This document shows, one piece after another, positions 1 through 8,265 of a DNA stretch of 15,094 bases. Origin of the DNA: Chlamydiae bacterium RIFCSPHIGHO2_12_FULL_49_11 (GTDB taxonomy: Bacteria > Chlamydiota > Chlamydiia > Chlamydiales > 2-12-FULL-49-11); assembly GCA_001794905.1 (NCBI GenBank), contig MGLW01000048.1, positions 1-15,094 of the forward strand, in the 5' to 3' direction. The position numbers and the translations under genes are program-made. The notes below the pieces were generated by a model, which did no database searches, was not told the origin of the DNA, and worked only from the letters and a program-made list of their open reading frames with translations. Position 1 is the first letter of the stretch. Every line of letters starts with the position of its first letter.

Positions 1-441
1 ATACGTGCCGACGCCCTCGATTTTGATGAGGGCGGTATGTCCGCCGGAGATGATCAGGCCGAGGGCGGGAAATGAATATGGAAGTGGGGTGGTCATGACG
101 GCAGCATACAGGTGGGCTTCGATATGATTGACCCCCACGAAGGGGATGCCCCGGGCAAAGGCGAGCGCTTTGGCAAACGTAACCCCCATGAGGAGAGAGC
201 CCATGAGTCCGGGAGCGCAGGCGACGGCGATAAGGTCGATCTTCTCGGTCTCTTCCATCGATTGATATAGGGGGATGAGCGACTTAAAGTGCTCGCGGGA
301 AGCTATTTCAGGATAGACGCCGCCGAACTCCTTGTGGAGGTCGATCTGGCTTCGGATCACATGTTCGACGATTTCTTTCCCGTCCACGACAACGGCCAGG
401 GATGTTTCGTCACAACTGGTTTCAATTCCAAGAACTCGCAT
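1..441 (-). CDS. tsaD: tRNA N6-threonylcarbamoyladenosine transferase TsaD (5' part; runs off window start)
   Basis: Not in the ORF track. Manual translation from ATG at 441 gives MRVLGIETSCDETSLAVV...HKEFGGVYPEIASREH...GLMGSLLMG...PFVGVNHIEAHLYAA...LIISGGHTALI. This carries the GIETSCD, GGVxPExASRxH, HxExH and SGGHT motifs of the Kae1/TsaD family. Confidence 0.96.
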   Translation of the reverse strand, partial: MRVLGIETSCDETSLAVVVDGKEIVEHVIRSQIDLHKEFGGVYPEIASREHFKSLIPLYQSMEETEKIDLIAVACAPGLMGSLLMGVTFAKALAFARGIPFVGVNHIEAHLYAAVMTTPLPYSFPALGLIISGGHTALIKIEGVGTY

Positions 442-447
442 GGGAAT

Positions 448-500
448 AGGATACAGGACGAGGAATTTTTATTGAATATTAATAGAGCCATTCATAGTTG
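448..500. promoter_or_regulatory. Divergent sigma70/sigma66-type promoters with overlapping -35 boxes (tsaD and 703-aa gene)
   Basis: Minus strand: TTCAAT(476-471)-N17-TATCCT(453-448), then 6 nt to the ATG at 441. Plus strand: TTGAAT(472-477)-N17-TAGTTG(495-500), then 7 nt to the ATG at 508; this -10 is a weaker match. Confidence 0.5.
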
Positions 501-507
501 TTAAGGT

Positions 508-2619
508 ATGACTGAAGAAGACTTGACCGAACATACTAATATTCTGGAAGCGGTAAACAACCTTTCTTCCATCGCTGAAATAAATCTGAAGGGGGTGGCA
601 GGAAAAACACGTCCCGGCGGCCAAATTTTAGAAGCGCACCGCTGGTTCGATGCGAAAAATGAGGTGAAAACGATCGGTCGGGTCAAAGGAACTCTCAAAA
701 CCGTTCACAAATATCTGAAATATATTTATGCCAAAGAAACGGGTGAAGTACGTGATCCACACATCCAGAAAGGGATACGTTCGATCATGGAGCTTGCGAA
801 AGAGGCGGCTGAAAAGATCGATACTTATTACTCGCTCCAGGGGTATCAGAAAATTGCAGAAAGCAATGAATTCAAATCCCTTCTCGATTTTTACAAAAAA
901 AAGATCCTGTCTAAATTCAAAGAGACGCTGGAAGAAGAAGAAAAGTGGCAGGAGGAGCTCCAGAGGGAAGAGGACGTTCTTGATATTCAGCGTCGCGGGC
1001 TCAAGGATTTGGAGTCGGTTATCCGCGACCGCGACTATGAACTCTTTTACCTGACGAAGGAAGACGGAAGCCTCTTTTTTAACACAAACCTGCTTCGCCA
1101 CATCCGCCTTGTAACCGATTTTGACCAGATCATCGCTGCATTCCGAGAAGAAGACCCCCTTTTAAAATTGCAAGTGTTTGAAGACAGGATGGTCATGCAC
1201 CTTGCGAAGCATATCGCTCTTCATATCCGGCTTCCTCTGACCGCTTTTTTGAAAAGTGCCGGCAAATATCGTGACGATATTTTTATACGCACGATTTTTA
1301 AAGCGATCCTAGCCCTTTTTCTTGCCTCAAATGCAAAAAATTCGATTTTGACAACGACCACAAGAACCTGCCGCCAATTTTTCCGTGATTTTATGACCTA
1401 TTACAAAGAGGCTCTCAACTCGATCGATTACCGCGCCGTGATGGAAGGGGAAGTGCAAGACGGCTTCATGATCCTTGCTGCCGAACTTCTCCATGCTTTC
1501 GCACAAGCAATCTATACCCATAAGAAGGATCACCGTGAGATTTTGGCCTATCTTCTTTCCATGATCAGTTTCGGAGAAAAAGACGCCAAAGTACAAAACG
1601 CCCAAATTCTATTCCATATGACCCTCGATTTTCACGACGAGCTCACGGCTAAACTGCAGCACTTCCCAAGCGGGCCTTTGTTTAAGGCCCTCGACGTGTT
1701 TCATGCCCGCGAATACGAGACCCATTTTGATCCATTCCTTCTCGGCGACTTTCCCACGTACACATTTTCTGTAAAAGAAAACGGCCGCACCGTCCGCTTT
1801 TTGCAATTCGGATCGCCTACCGTGCAGCGCAAAATTGACGAAGCCCACATATTACAAGAATTTCGGGCGCTGGTGCGTTCCTTTGCGGCAGCCGAGGACA
1901 AGATTCTCATTGTCAACCTGCAGGACCGGACCCATTGGAAAGACCATGCTAGGAGCAAGGCTATAGAAACATTTCAGCAAGGGGCCGAATTTCGTCCTGC
2001 GATCGAAGTGGTTACCCTTGCCGTCAACACTCCTTTCTACCAGCAAACCGACGACTATTTCGACATGCACTCCAAAGCCGATTTTACGCAGGCGCTCTAT
2101 GAGCAAATTACCGGTGGGGAAGCGTGCGGATATTTTTTCCCTCACAAAATTCTGGACGACAAGGTGAAAAAAATCATCGAATTTACAAGCCGCACGTTTT
2201 TCGGGGAGTCTAAAAATATCAATCGGAAAGAGCGGCTCGATTTCATTGAACTTGTTCACACTTTTCTTATCATCCATCTCATTTTCAGCTTGAAGTGCAC
2301 TTTTGTCGGGATTATGGGGAAAGACGGCCTTGATCTTGCATCTGTATTTTCCGCAGGATTGTTTGCCGTTTTCCATCTCTTCAATGAGCGTGTATGGAAA
2401 GAGGAAGAATACACTTTTTTCCTCGCTCTCATGTTTGCTCCCACCCTGCTTCTCCGTGAACGGGCAGTCGACGGCATGCGCCTTTCGCGCACGGTGAGCA
2501 TGCTTTCGACCTTTGCCGGCATCGGAGAAAAAAAATGGGAATCGACAAAAAGCTCCCTTGCCTCCCTTCTTGAATTCCATCCCGACGACCTCACCTTGCA
2601 ACTCAAAGAATTGACTTAG
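508..2619 (+). CDS. Conserved hypothetical protein, 703 aa, largely helical; C-terminal part has a degenerate CX5R phosphatase-like loop
   Basis: Long uninterrupted ORF. It has a charged coiled-coil segment (EEEEKWQEELQREE), then FGSPT, IVNLQDR and MGKDGLDLA motifs. It resembles, from memory only, a Chlamydiae-wide hypothetical family. Function is not established. Confidence 0.85.
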   Translation: MTEEDLTEHTNILEAVNNLSSIAEINLKGVAGKTRPGGQILEAHRWFDAKNEVKTIGRVKGTLKTVHKYLKYIYAKETGEVRDPHIQKGIRSIMELAKEAAEKIDTYYSLQGYQKIAESNEFKSLLDFYKKKILSKFKETLEEEEKWQEELQREEDVLDIQRRGLKDLESVIRDRDYELFYLTKEDGSLFFNTNLLRHIRLVTDFDQIIAAFREEDPLLKLQVFEDRMVMHLAKHIALHIRLPLTAFLKSAGKYRDDIFIRTIFKAILALFLASNAKNSILTTTTRTCRQFFRDFMTYYKEALNSIDYRAVMEGEVQDGFMILAAELLHAFAQAIYTHKKDHREILAYLLSMISFGEKDAKVQNAQILFHMTLDFHDELTAKLQHFPSGPLFKALDVFHAREYETHFDPFLLGDFPTYTFSVKENGRTVRFLQFGSPTVQRKIDEAHILQEFRALVRSFAAAEDKILIVNLQDRTHWKDHARSKAIETFQQGAEFRPAIEVVTLAVNTPFYQQTDDYFDMHSKADFTQALYEQITGGEACGYFFPHKILDDKVKKIIEFTSRTFFGESKNINRKERLDFIELVHTFLIIHLIFSLKCTFVGIMGKDGLDLASVFSAGLFAVFHLFNERVWKEEEYTFFLALMFAPTLLLRERAVDGMRLSRTVSMLSTFAGIGEKKWESTKSSLASLLEFHPDDLTLQLKELT

Positions 2620-2632
2620 GCCGTGTTTATCA

Positions 2633-3202
2633 CTATCTAATATGTGTAGGATCGGTTCCGGTCCACCGGTGGTAATAATACGATCTGTTCCCCAGTTTGC
2701 ACCAAAGCTCGAGGGAAAGCGCCGAGTTTTTCATTTTTTCAACGACAAAACTCCGATTCCATGCCTGGAAATTCTGATAATGCGCCAAAATTTCCTGATC
2801 GACTTCAGCGAAATGGGAAGTGTGAGCTTCCAACTTGTCGTGATTATCTTCAAAAAAGCACAAAGCTTCTTTCGCGCTATTTACCAGTCGATAGATGAAT
2901 TTGCTTTCGCTGAGCAAGGTGTTGTAATCTTCGGTGATTTTATGTGCGCGCACGTTGCATTGACAATACATGTTGTGCTGATGGGATCGTATCGCCTCAT
3001 AAAGATGGATTCGATTGCTGATACAACAGTTGATCAGTTCCAGCCGTACCAGAGTGTTTTTACAAAACATCGTCACGTTCCGACACTGCTTAAAAAATGA
3101 TTCCTTCGCCTTTTCGTCTTCCATAACGAGGGCCCGGATGCGTTCCAGTGGAGGCGGAATGAACCGACCAAGGGCTTCAAGATCGTAATCGGTGGATAAC
3201 AT
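2633..3202 (-). CDS. Hypothetical protein, 189 aa, helical, Cys/His-rich
   Basis: ATG-started ORF filling the gap between the 703-aa gene and yqgE. It has a natural amino acid composition and a promoter-like element directly upstream. No family recognised. Confidence 0.7.
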   Translation of the reverse strand: MLSTDYDLEALGRFIPPPLERIRALVMEDEKAKESFFKQCRNVTMFCKNTLVRLELINCCISNRIHLYEAIRSHQHNMYCQCNVRAHKITEDYNTLLSESKFIYRLVNSAKEALCFFEDNHDKLEAHTSHFAEVDQEILAHYQNFQAWNRSFVVEKMKNSALSLELWCKLGNRSYYYHRWTGTDPTHIR

Positions 3203-3209
3203 AGAATTA

Positions 3210-3238
3210 AGAGTACCAAAAGTTCAAAAAAGATAAAA
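3210..3238 (-). promoter_or_regulatory. Candidate extended -10 promoter for the 189-aa orphan
   Basis: TTTTAT-N17-TACTCT with TG-G immediately before the -10 box, then 7 nt to the ATG at 3202. No SD. Confidence 0.4.
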
Positions 3239-3255
3239 TAAATTTTACAAGCCCA

Positions 3256-3816
3256 CTAGTTTAAGGAGAGGTCTTTGGGGATGCGGGAGAAGAATTCGAA
3301 GCCGCGGCCGAGTTTGGAGGCGGCGGTCTTGTAGATGTTTTCCATGGGAGTGTTGAAAAGAAGTTCATGGCATGAGGGGAGGACGAGATAGCGCTGCTCG
3401 GCCGCTTCATTATCGAGTTGACCGCCAATCCAGGCACGGTAGCCGAAGAAGATGAGGAGTTCGGGGCAATCCTCCCGGAGGAGAACTTCTTCGAGAAAGA
3501 GGATGTCGCCGCCGAGGTACACATTTTGGTAAATGTGAAGCATATAATCTTTCGGCTGGCTCGTTTCATGCACGCACATCATTTGCAAAGGTTCGACGTC
3601 GCCGCCGCAGCGAAAGGATACCTTGGGATGGAGAGAAAGGTCTTTGAGAATTTCCAGCTCTCCCTGAAGAACCGAATCGTCAAAAGGTTGATTGATCGTC
3701 AGGCCAAAAGATCCGTAGTCGCTATGTTCGCATAGTAAAATCACTTCCTGCTTCTTTTGCGTATTTTGCAGATTCGTGATCAGGATATTACCGGGGACAA
3801 GCTTTTTCACACCCAT
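3256..3816 (-). CDS. yqgE: YqgE/AlgH family protein (UPF0301)
   Basis: Motifs VILLCEHSDYGSFGLTINQP, GGDV, VYLGGD, FFGYRAWIGGQLDNE and terminal PKDLSLN match the family pattern. Start moved to the ATG at 3816 (MGVKKLVPGNILI), which overlaps the end of mlaD. Confidence 0.9.
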   Translation of the reverse strand: MGVKKLVPGNILITNLQNTQKKQEVILLCEHSDYGSFGLTINQPFDDSVLQGELEILKDLSLHPKVSFRCGGDVEPLQMMCVHETSQPKDYMLHIYQNVYLGGDILFLEEVLLREDCPELLIFFGYRAWIGGQLDNEAAEQRYLVLPSCHELLFNTPMENIYKTAASKLGRGFEFFSRIPKDLSLN

Positions 3817-4984
3817 GCGACGCCTTTTGGTTAAAGAGCTCCAGGTTGTATAAGTCAACCTCATGTTGCAGCGCTTTGAGCTTTTGTCCGAATTCGTAAA
3901 ACTCTTTCTGGAAGTCTTTATTGCAGCTCAGCTCCCCCGTTGTGCTCGCCTCGGATAACATTTTCATCCTTCCGAGGGTGACATTGAGCTGGTCGATTTG
4001 CGCCTGCACGGCCCGTTTGAATCCGCCGGGAGTGGAGAGCTTTTGCATGTCGATCGACTGTTTTTCCCGGACGCGCTGCCATTTTTTGTTATACTGGAAG
4101 AGCAGACCGTAATTATTGATATCGTTGAGAAGGGTGTTGATCTTGAGCATCACCGCATTGATTTCGAGATAGAGGCCGTCATCCTGGATGATTTTTCCAA
4201 GGGTGCTTGTTCCCGCCGCAAGCGGGTAGGTGATTTGGGTGATGTTTTGCATCGTCATGGCGAGATTATCGAAGAAGCAATGTTCTTTCAAGTATGTGAG
4301 GACCATGTTGATCATATCTGTTGTGATACTGACGTTCGTCGTGATGTGTTCTACGTCTTGGATGATATGGCTTTGGTTGACGCTTTTTACGAGGGTGCCT
4401 ATCTCCTTTGTCGTATCGGTAAAGGTGATGACCGCTTGTCCGACGTCGTCGCCGTAATGATTCATCCAGTCGATCACTTTCTGCAGCGTTTCTTCAAACT
4501 TGTTGGAGAGTGCTGCAAGCTCGTTCACGGCTGTCTCCAAAATGTCGGTTGATTCGGCATAGACGATATCGTTGCTTGTGATGACGTGTGGGTGCTGGCC
4601 CGGCATCAGCGGTTTCGGAATGATTGCGATCGACTTTTCCCCGAGCAGTCCCGCCGTCTGCACGGTGATTTCGTCGGTGGCAAAAATTTTGTAGTGGGAG
4701 TCGATATGGAGGGTGAGCAAGTAGAAATACACGCGGCCGAGGTGGTCTACTGCTTTTTCCCGTGCGAGCGGAACACGCGAAATTTCGGTCACTTCGCCGA
4801 TCGGTTTGCCTGCCATGGTGACGCGTGTGCCGATCTGAATGCCGTTGATATTATTGAATCGCACGTGGATTACCTGTTTCGAATCGCCGACCGACGGCTT
4901 GATAAACAGAATGATGGCAATCACGAGGGTGCAGCCCGCAATGACGAAAAGGCCGATGAGGAGGTTTTTGATTTGTTTATTCAC
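3788..4984 (-). CDS. mlaD: MCE/MlaD family lipid-binding protein with long helical C-terminal extension
   Basis: N-terminal TM anchor (LLIGLFVIAGCTLVIAIILFI), MCE motifs FNNINGIQIGTRVTMAGKPIGEV and TAGLLGEKSIAI, and a STLGKIIQDDGLY helical-region motif. ATGA overlap with mlaF. Confidence 0.9.
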   Translation of the reverse strand: MNKQIKNLLIGLFVIAGCTLVIAIILFIKPSVGDSKQVIHVRFNNINGIQIGTRVTMAGKPIGEVTEISRVPLAREKAVDHLGRVYFYLLTLHIDSHYKIFATDEITVQTAGLLGEKSIAIIPKPLMPGQHPHVITSNDIVYAESTDILETAVNELAALSNKFEETLQKVIDWMNHYGDDVGQAVITFTDTTKEIGTLVKSVNQSHIIQDVEHITTNVSITTDMINMVLTYLKEHCFFDNLAMTMQNITQITYPLAAGTSTLGKIIQDDGLYLEINAVMLKINTLLNDINNYGLLFQYNKKWQRVREKQSIDMQKLSTPGGFKRAVQAQIDQLNVTLGRMKMLSEASTTGELSCNKDFQKEFYEFGQKLKALQHEVDLYNLELFNQKASHGCEKACPR

Positions 4985-5748
4985 CGAAGGCTCCCATGCA
5001 GCTTGTAGTCCCCGACGACATGATTGAATTTACGGATCGTGGGGTGGTTGTATTCCATGAATTCTTTGGGTTTGGCAATGACTTCGATCACTCCGTTTTC
5101 GATCAGGGCGATTCTGTCGGCGATCATGAGCGAGGTGGCAATGTCGTGGGAGACGACGACGGAGGTGCCTTGCAGTTCATTTTGCTGGGCTACGATGAGT
5201 CGTCCGATATTTTCTGCGGTGACCGGGTCGAGGCCGGTGGTTGGCTCGTCATAAAAAAGGTACTTAGGCTTATAAATCACGCTACGAGCGATGGAGGCGC
5301 GTTTTCGCATGCCGCCCGAAAGGTCTGCCGGGTAGAGTTCCATGGTTCCTTCAATGCCCACTTTTGCCAGTGTGCTTCTCACAATTTCTTTCATATCGGA
5401 TTTTTGAATTTTCTTTCCAGCAACCATTTGATGTTCTTTCAGAAAAAAGCCGACATTCTCTTCGATCGTCATGGAATCGAAAAGGGCCCCCATTTGAAAA
5501 ATCATGCCGATATTCGTGAGGGTAGAGTACAGTTTAGGCCCTTCCAGCTGTGTCATATCAATCTCATCGATGAGCACTTCGCCCGAATCGGGTTTCATGA
5601 GACCCATGATGTGTTTGATGAGGACGCTTTTGCCGGAGCCTGACCTTCCCACGATGACGAGGATTTCATTATTGGAAATTTCGAGGGAAAGACCTTGCAA
5701 AACCTTATTGGGGCCGAACTGTTTGAACAGGTTTTTGATATGGATCAT
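4981..5748 (-). CDS. mlaF: ABC transporter ATP-binding protein, MlaF/Mkl type
   Basis: Walker A GRSGSGKS, FQMGALFDSMT, signature LSGGMRKR, Walker B YLFYDEPTTGLDP and H-loop VSHD. Lies between mlaE and mlaD with ATGA overlaps. Confidence 0.93.
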   Translation of the reverse strand: MIHIKNLFKQFGPNKVLQGLSLEISNNEILVIVGRSGSGKSVLIKHIMGLMKPDSGEVLIDEIDMTQLEGPKLYSTLTNIGMIFQMGALFDSMTIEENVGFFLKEHQMVAGKKIQKSDMKEIVRSTLAKVGIEGTMELYPADLSGGMRKRASIARSVIYKPKYLFYDEPTTGLDPVTAENIGRLIVAQQNELQGTSVVVSHDIATSLMIADRIALIENGVIEVIAKPKEFMEYNHPTIRKFNHVVGDYKLHGSLR

Positions 5749-6569
5749 TCAAACCACCTGTTGATTTCATTACGTACCACGTTGATTCCCAAGGTGAGGA
5801 AGAAATTTGTGAAGAGGATCACGACATAGGCGATGACGACGCCGTGAGTCGTGCTTTCGCCGACCCCCTTGGCTCCGCCGCGCGTCGTAACCCCTTTAAA
5901 ACAGGCGATGGAAACGATGAGAAAGGCAAACACATAAGCTTTTGTCATGCCGATTATTAAATCGAAGCGGTCTACGTATTCGGGGATGGGGTCCCAGAAG
6001 GTGTTGGGGGCCATGCCGAAAAAATAGACGGCGATCAGATACCCGCCGAAAACACCCAGGACGATACTATAAATAGTGAGGATCGGAAACATGATCATAC
6101 CTGAAATAAAGCGGGGAGCGATCAAAAACCTGTTCGGGTCGACCGCCATCGATTTCATGGCGTCAAGCTGCTCAGTCACTTCCATCGTTCCGAGCTCTGC
6201 CGTCATGGATGCGCCCACCCGACCCACAATCATGAGAGCGGTAAGGACGGGGCCAAGTTCTGTGAGCATGGCCTTTGCCACCATGAGGCCGGTAACGCCG
6301 GCAAGACCCTTGTCATTCAACTGGTAATACGATTGGGCCGCAAGGACAAGCCCGGTGAAAAAACCGGTGAGCGAGACGACGCTCAGTGATGTTACCCCCA
6401 TCGAGTAAAGGCATTCGCGGATGAGCTCCCACCGCGGAAAGCGTCGCAACATCGACTTCAGCACGGCACCGATGAAACAGATAAAAGCGCCGATATGGGT
6501 GAAGGCGGTAAAATTGGCCTCAAGCTGTTTTCCCAGCTCTCTATTTCCCTTCTGAATCGACTCTTCCAT
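5745..6569 (-). CDS. mlaE: ABC transporter permease, MlaE family
   Basis: Motifs ELGPVLTALMIVGRVGASMTAELGTMEVTEQLDAM, PRF and GGAKGVGESTT..VV, with several TM segments. Confidence 0.95.
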   Translation of the reverse strand: MEESIQKGNRELGKQLEANFTAFTHIGAFICFIGAVLKSMLRRFPRWELIRECLYSMGVTSLSVVSLTGFFTGLVLAAQSYYQLNDKGLAGVTGLMVAKAMLTELGPVLTALMIVGRVGASMTAELGTMEVTEQLDAMKSMAVDPNRFLIAPRFISGMIMFPILTIYSIVLGVFGGYLIAVYFFGMAPNTFWDPIPEYVDRFDLIIGMTKAYVFAFLIVSIACFKGVTTRGGAKGVGESTTHGVVIAYVVILFTNFFLTLGINVVRNEINRWFE

Positions 6570-6578
6570 ACAAATCGG

Positions 6579-6607
6579 AATGTAAAAAAAAGGGGAAAAG
6601 AAAGCAA
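6579..6607 (-). promoter_or_regulatory. sigma70/sigma66-type promoter of the mla operon
   Basis: TTGCTT(6607-6602)-N17-TACATT(6584-6579), then 9 nt to the mlaE ATG at 6569. No SD. Confidence 0.55.
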
Positions 6608-6614
6608 GTGTTAG

Positions 6615-6645
6615 GGATATATATCCGGCGAATCATTATTCGCGG
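6615..6645. repeat. Two adjacent inverted repeats (possible operator or hairpin)
   Basis: Perfect 12-bp palindrome GGATATATATCC (6615-6626), followed by GCGAAT-catt-ATTCGC (6628-6643). Confidence 0.45.
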
Positions 6646-6815
6646 TATTATGGAGGGGAAGAGTTTTTATGATCGGTTGCAAGTTGAACGGGTTTTTTTT
6701 CTCTTACATTTTGCTTTTTCCTGCGCTTCTTCTGTCACCCTTATCAACCAAAGAACGTATATTTCAAGCAAAGCGCTTTAAAATAGGTAAGTCATTCACT
6801 GTATTTTTGTTACAG

Positions 6816-7334
6816 TTATCCGGAGCTCATCATCGAGATTTGGCGTGAGCGGGCTTCATGAGCGCTGCGCAGTACATCGCGGATGTCGTTTAGGAGACGC
6901 ATCCCTTCGTCCCGTTTCGTGTTGCCGCGGCTGAGGAGGTCGCGCATCTCTTCCAGAAAACCCTGTATCCTCGTCTCGTCGCGTTTTCGCAGTTGCACAA
7001 ACATTTGTCCTGTACGGTCGCCCATGTTGGAAATGGCGGTAGTCAGGCGAGCGCCTGAAGAGTCTGCAGGCAGAGCGCTTCCGATGGCAAGGAAAAAGTG
7101 AGCGGCAATGCCGATTGCATAGAGGCCCGCTTCGGTGCGCATCTCGTCGGACAGGTGGTCGTATAAATCTTTCAGGTATTCTCGCACGTTTCTCTGGAAA
7201 TGTTCCTCATTTCCGAGGCTTTGGTGCAAAAGCTCGGAGAGGACGCTCTCAAGCTCATAATAAGTATTTATCCGGTGCGCATTTGTTTGCTCACGGAGAA
7301 TTTGGGTCCGGGCAAGCGGTGGTACAGATTCCAT
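6816..7334 (-). CDS. Putative T3SS minor hydrophobic translocator (SctB/CopD/SseD-like), 172 aa
   Basis: Last gene of the chaperone cassette, starting 1 nt after the upstream stop (TAA-T-ATG). It has a single hydrophobic segment (AGLYAIGIAAHFFLAIGSAL) flanked by helical regions and an amphipathic C-terminus. The function is inferred from context and architecture. Confidence 0.55.
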   Translation of the reverse strand: MESVPPLARTQILREQTNAHRINTYYELESVLSELLHQSLGNEEHFQRNVREYLKDLYDHLSDEMRTEAGLYAIGIAAHFFLAIGSALPADSSGARLTTAISNMGDRTGQMFVQLRKRDETRIQGFLEEMRDLLSRGNTKRDEGMRLLNDIRDVLRSAHEARSRQISMMSSG

Positions 7335-7335
7335 A

Positions 7336-8265
7336 TTAACCTCTCATGTTAATGGAGTTCATCAATTTATATTCTTTAACAAGGGCTGCTACTACGACGC
7401 GAAGGGTGCGGGTAGAGTCGAGGGCATCACTTGCCGATTCGCGCACCAGTTTGCTGATGGTGGCAAACTGATTCCTTTCTTCATCTTTCATCTTGTCGTG
7501 CTGCGTTTTTTCCATCCTGAGGAGGGCGGTTTCGCGATGTAAAACACCTTCGGCCATTCCTGCTATAGCGGTGCTCACGCCTGCGGCCGCTCCGATGAGG
7601 CGGTAAATGAGGTCGAAGCCGACAAGTCCCGAGTAGAATGCATAACCTCCCCCCAAAATTCCGAAGGCGCTCCCCACAAGGGTAAGAGCCATGCCTACGT
7701 CCGCGTACCGGTGCGAATCGAGGAGGGCTTGGCCGATAAGGGTCGCTCCGCCCGACAAAATGAGAGAGGCTCCTCCAATCAGCGCCGGAATTGCAGCCAC
7801 AGTAAAGGGATTTGAAGCGAGCACGATCACTCCTACCACGATAGCGGCTGCTGCGGCCAGACAAAAGGCCGTTTGTTTCAGCATCTGGACAAAGCCGGTT
7901 TTACGGTTTACCGCGCTGATTTCCCTGCTTGTCTTGAGGTAAGCTTCGAGTTCGATTTGATGGACTTCATCGAGATATTCCATGGTTGAAGCAAGGCCTT
8001 CGCGGGTGAGGTCGGTCGTTTTTTGCATGCCGGTGATGAGTTTATACACGATCCCTTCGAACGAGTGTCTGGGTCCTTTTCGGATAGGCTCACGAATCAG
8101 GGCGTCGGGATGATCGATGAGCGGCATAATACGTGGAGATAGAGGTTTGATGGAGGAGGTTTCACAAAAGGTATAGACGGGAGAAGAATAGGGGACGAGG
8201 GGTGAGAAAGGGAGATCGGGAGGCATGGCGGGGGTGGCGGAAACGGCTTCAATCTGCGCTGTCAT
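7336..8265 (-). CDS. Putative T3SS major hydrophobic translocator (SctE/CopB/SseC-like), 309 aa
   Basis: Start corrected to the ATG at 8265 (MTAQIEAV), which forms an ATGA overlap with the chaperone stop. It has a Pro/Ser-rich N-terminus, a coiled-coil, long Gly/Ala-rich hydrophobic hairpins (AFCLAAAAAIVVGVIVLA...LIGGASLILSGGATLIG; VGMALTLVGSAFGILGGG) and a C-terminal coiled-coil. Confidence 0.65.
   Translation of the reverse strand: MTAQIEAVSATPAMPPDLPFSPLVPYSSPVYTFCETSSIKPLSPRIMPLIDHPDALIREPIRKGPRHSFEGIVYKLITGMQKTTDLTREGLASTMEYLDEVHQIELEAYLKTSREISAVNRKTGFVQMLKQTAFCLAAAAAIVVGVIVLASNPFTVAAIPALIGGASLILSGGATLIGQALLDSHRYADVGMALTLVGSAFGILGGGYAFYSGLVGFDLIYRLIGAAAGVSTAIAGMAEGVLHRETALLRMEKTQHDKMKDEERNQFATISKLVRESASDALDSTRTLRVVVAALVKEYKLMNSINMRG

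Noticed and set aside
289-504. 71-aa plus-strand ORF
   Set aside because: It is antisense to tsaD and spans the divergent promoter region.
6669-6848. 59-aa plus-strand ORF (MIGCKLNGFFFSYILLFPALLL...) after GGAGGGG
   Set aside because: The hydrophobicity comes from T-rich intergenic DNA, the SD spacing is long, and the ORF overlaps the 3' end of the 172-aa gene on the opposite strand. Not supportable without conservation data.
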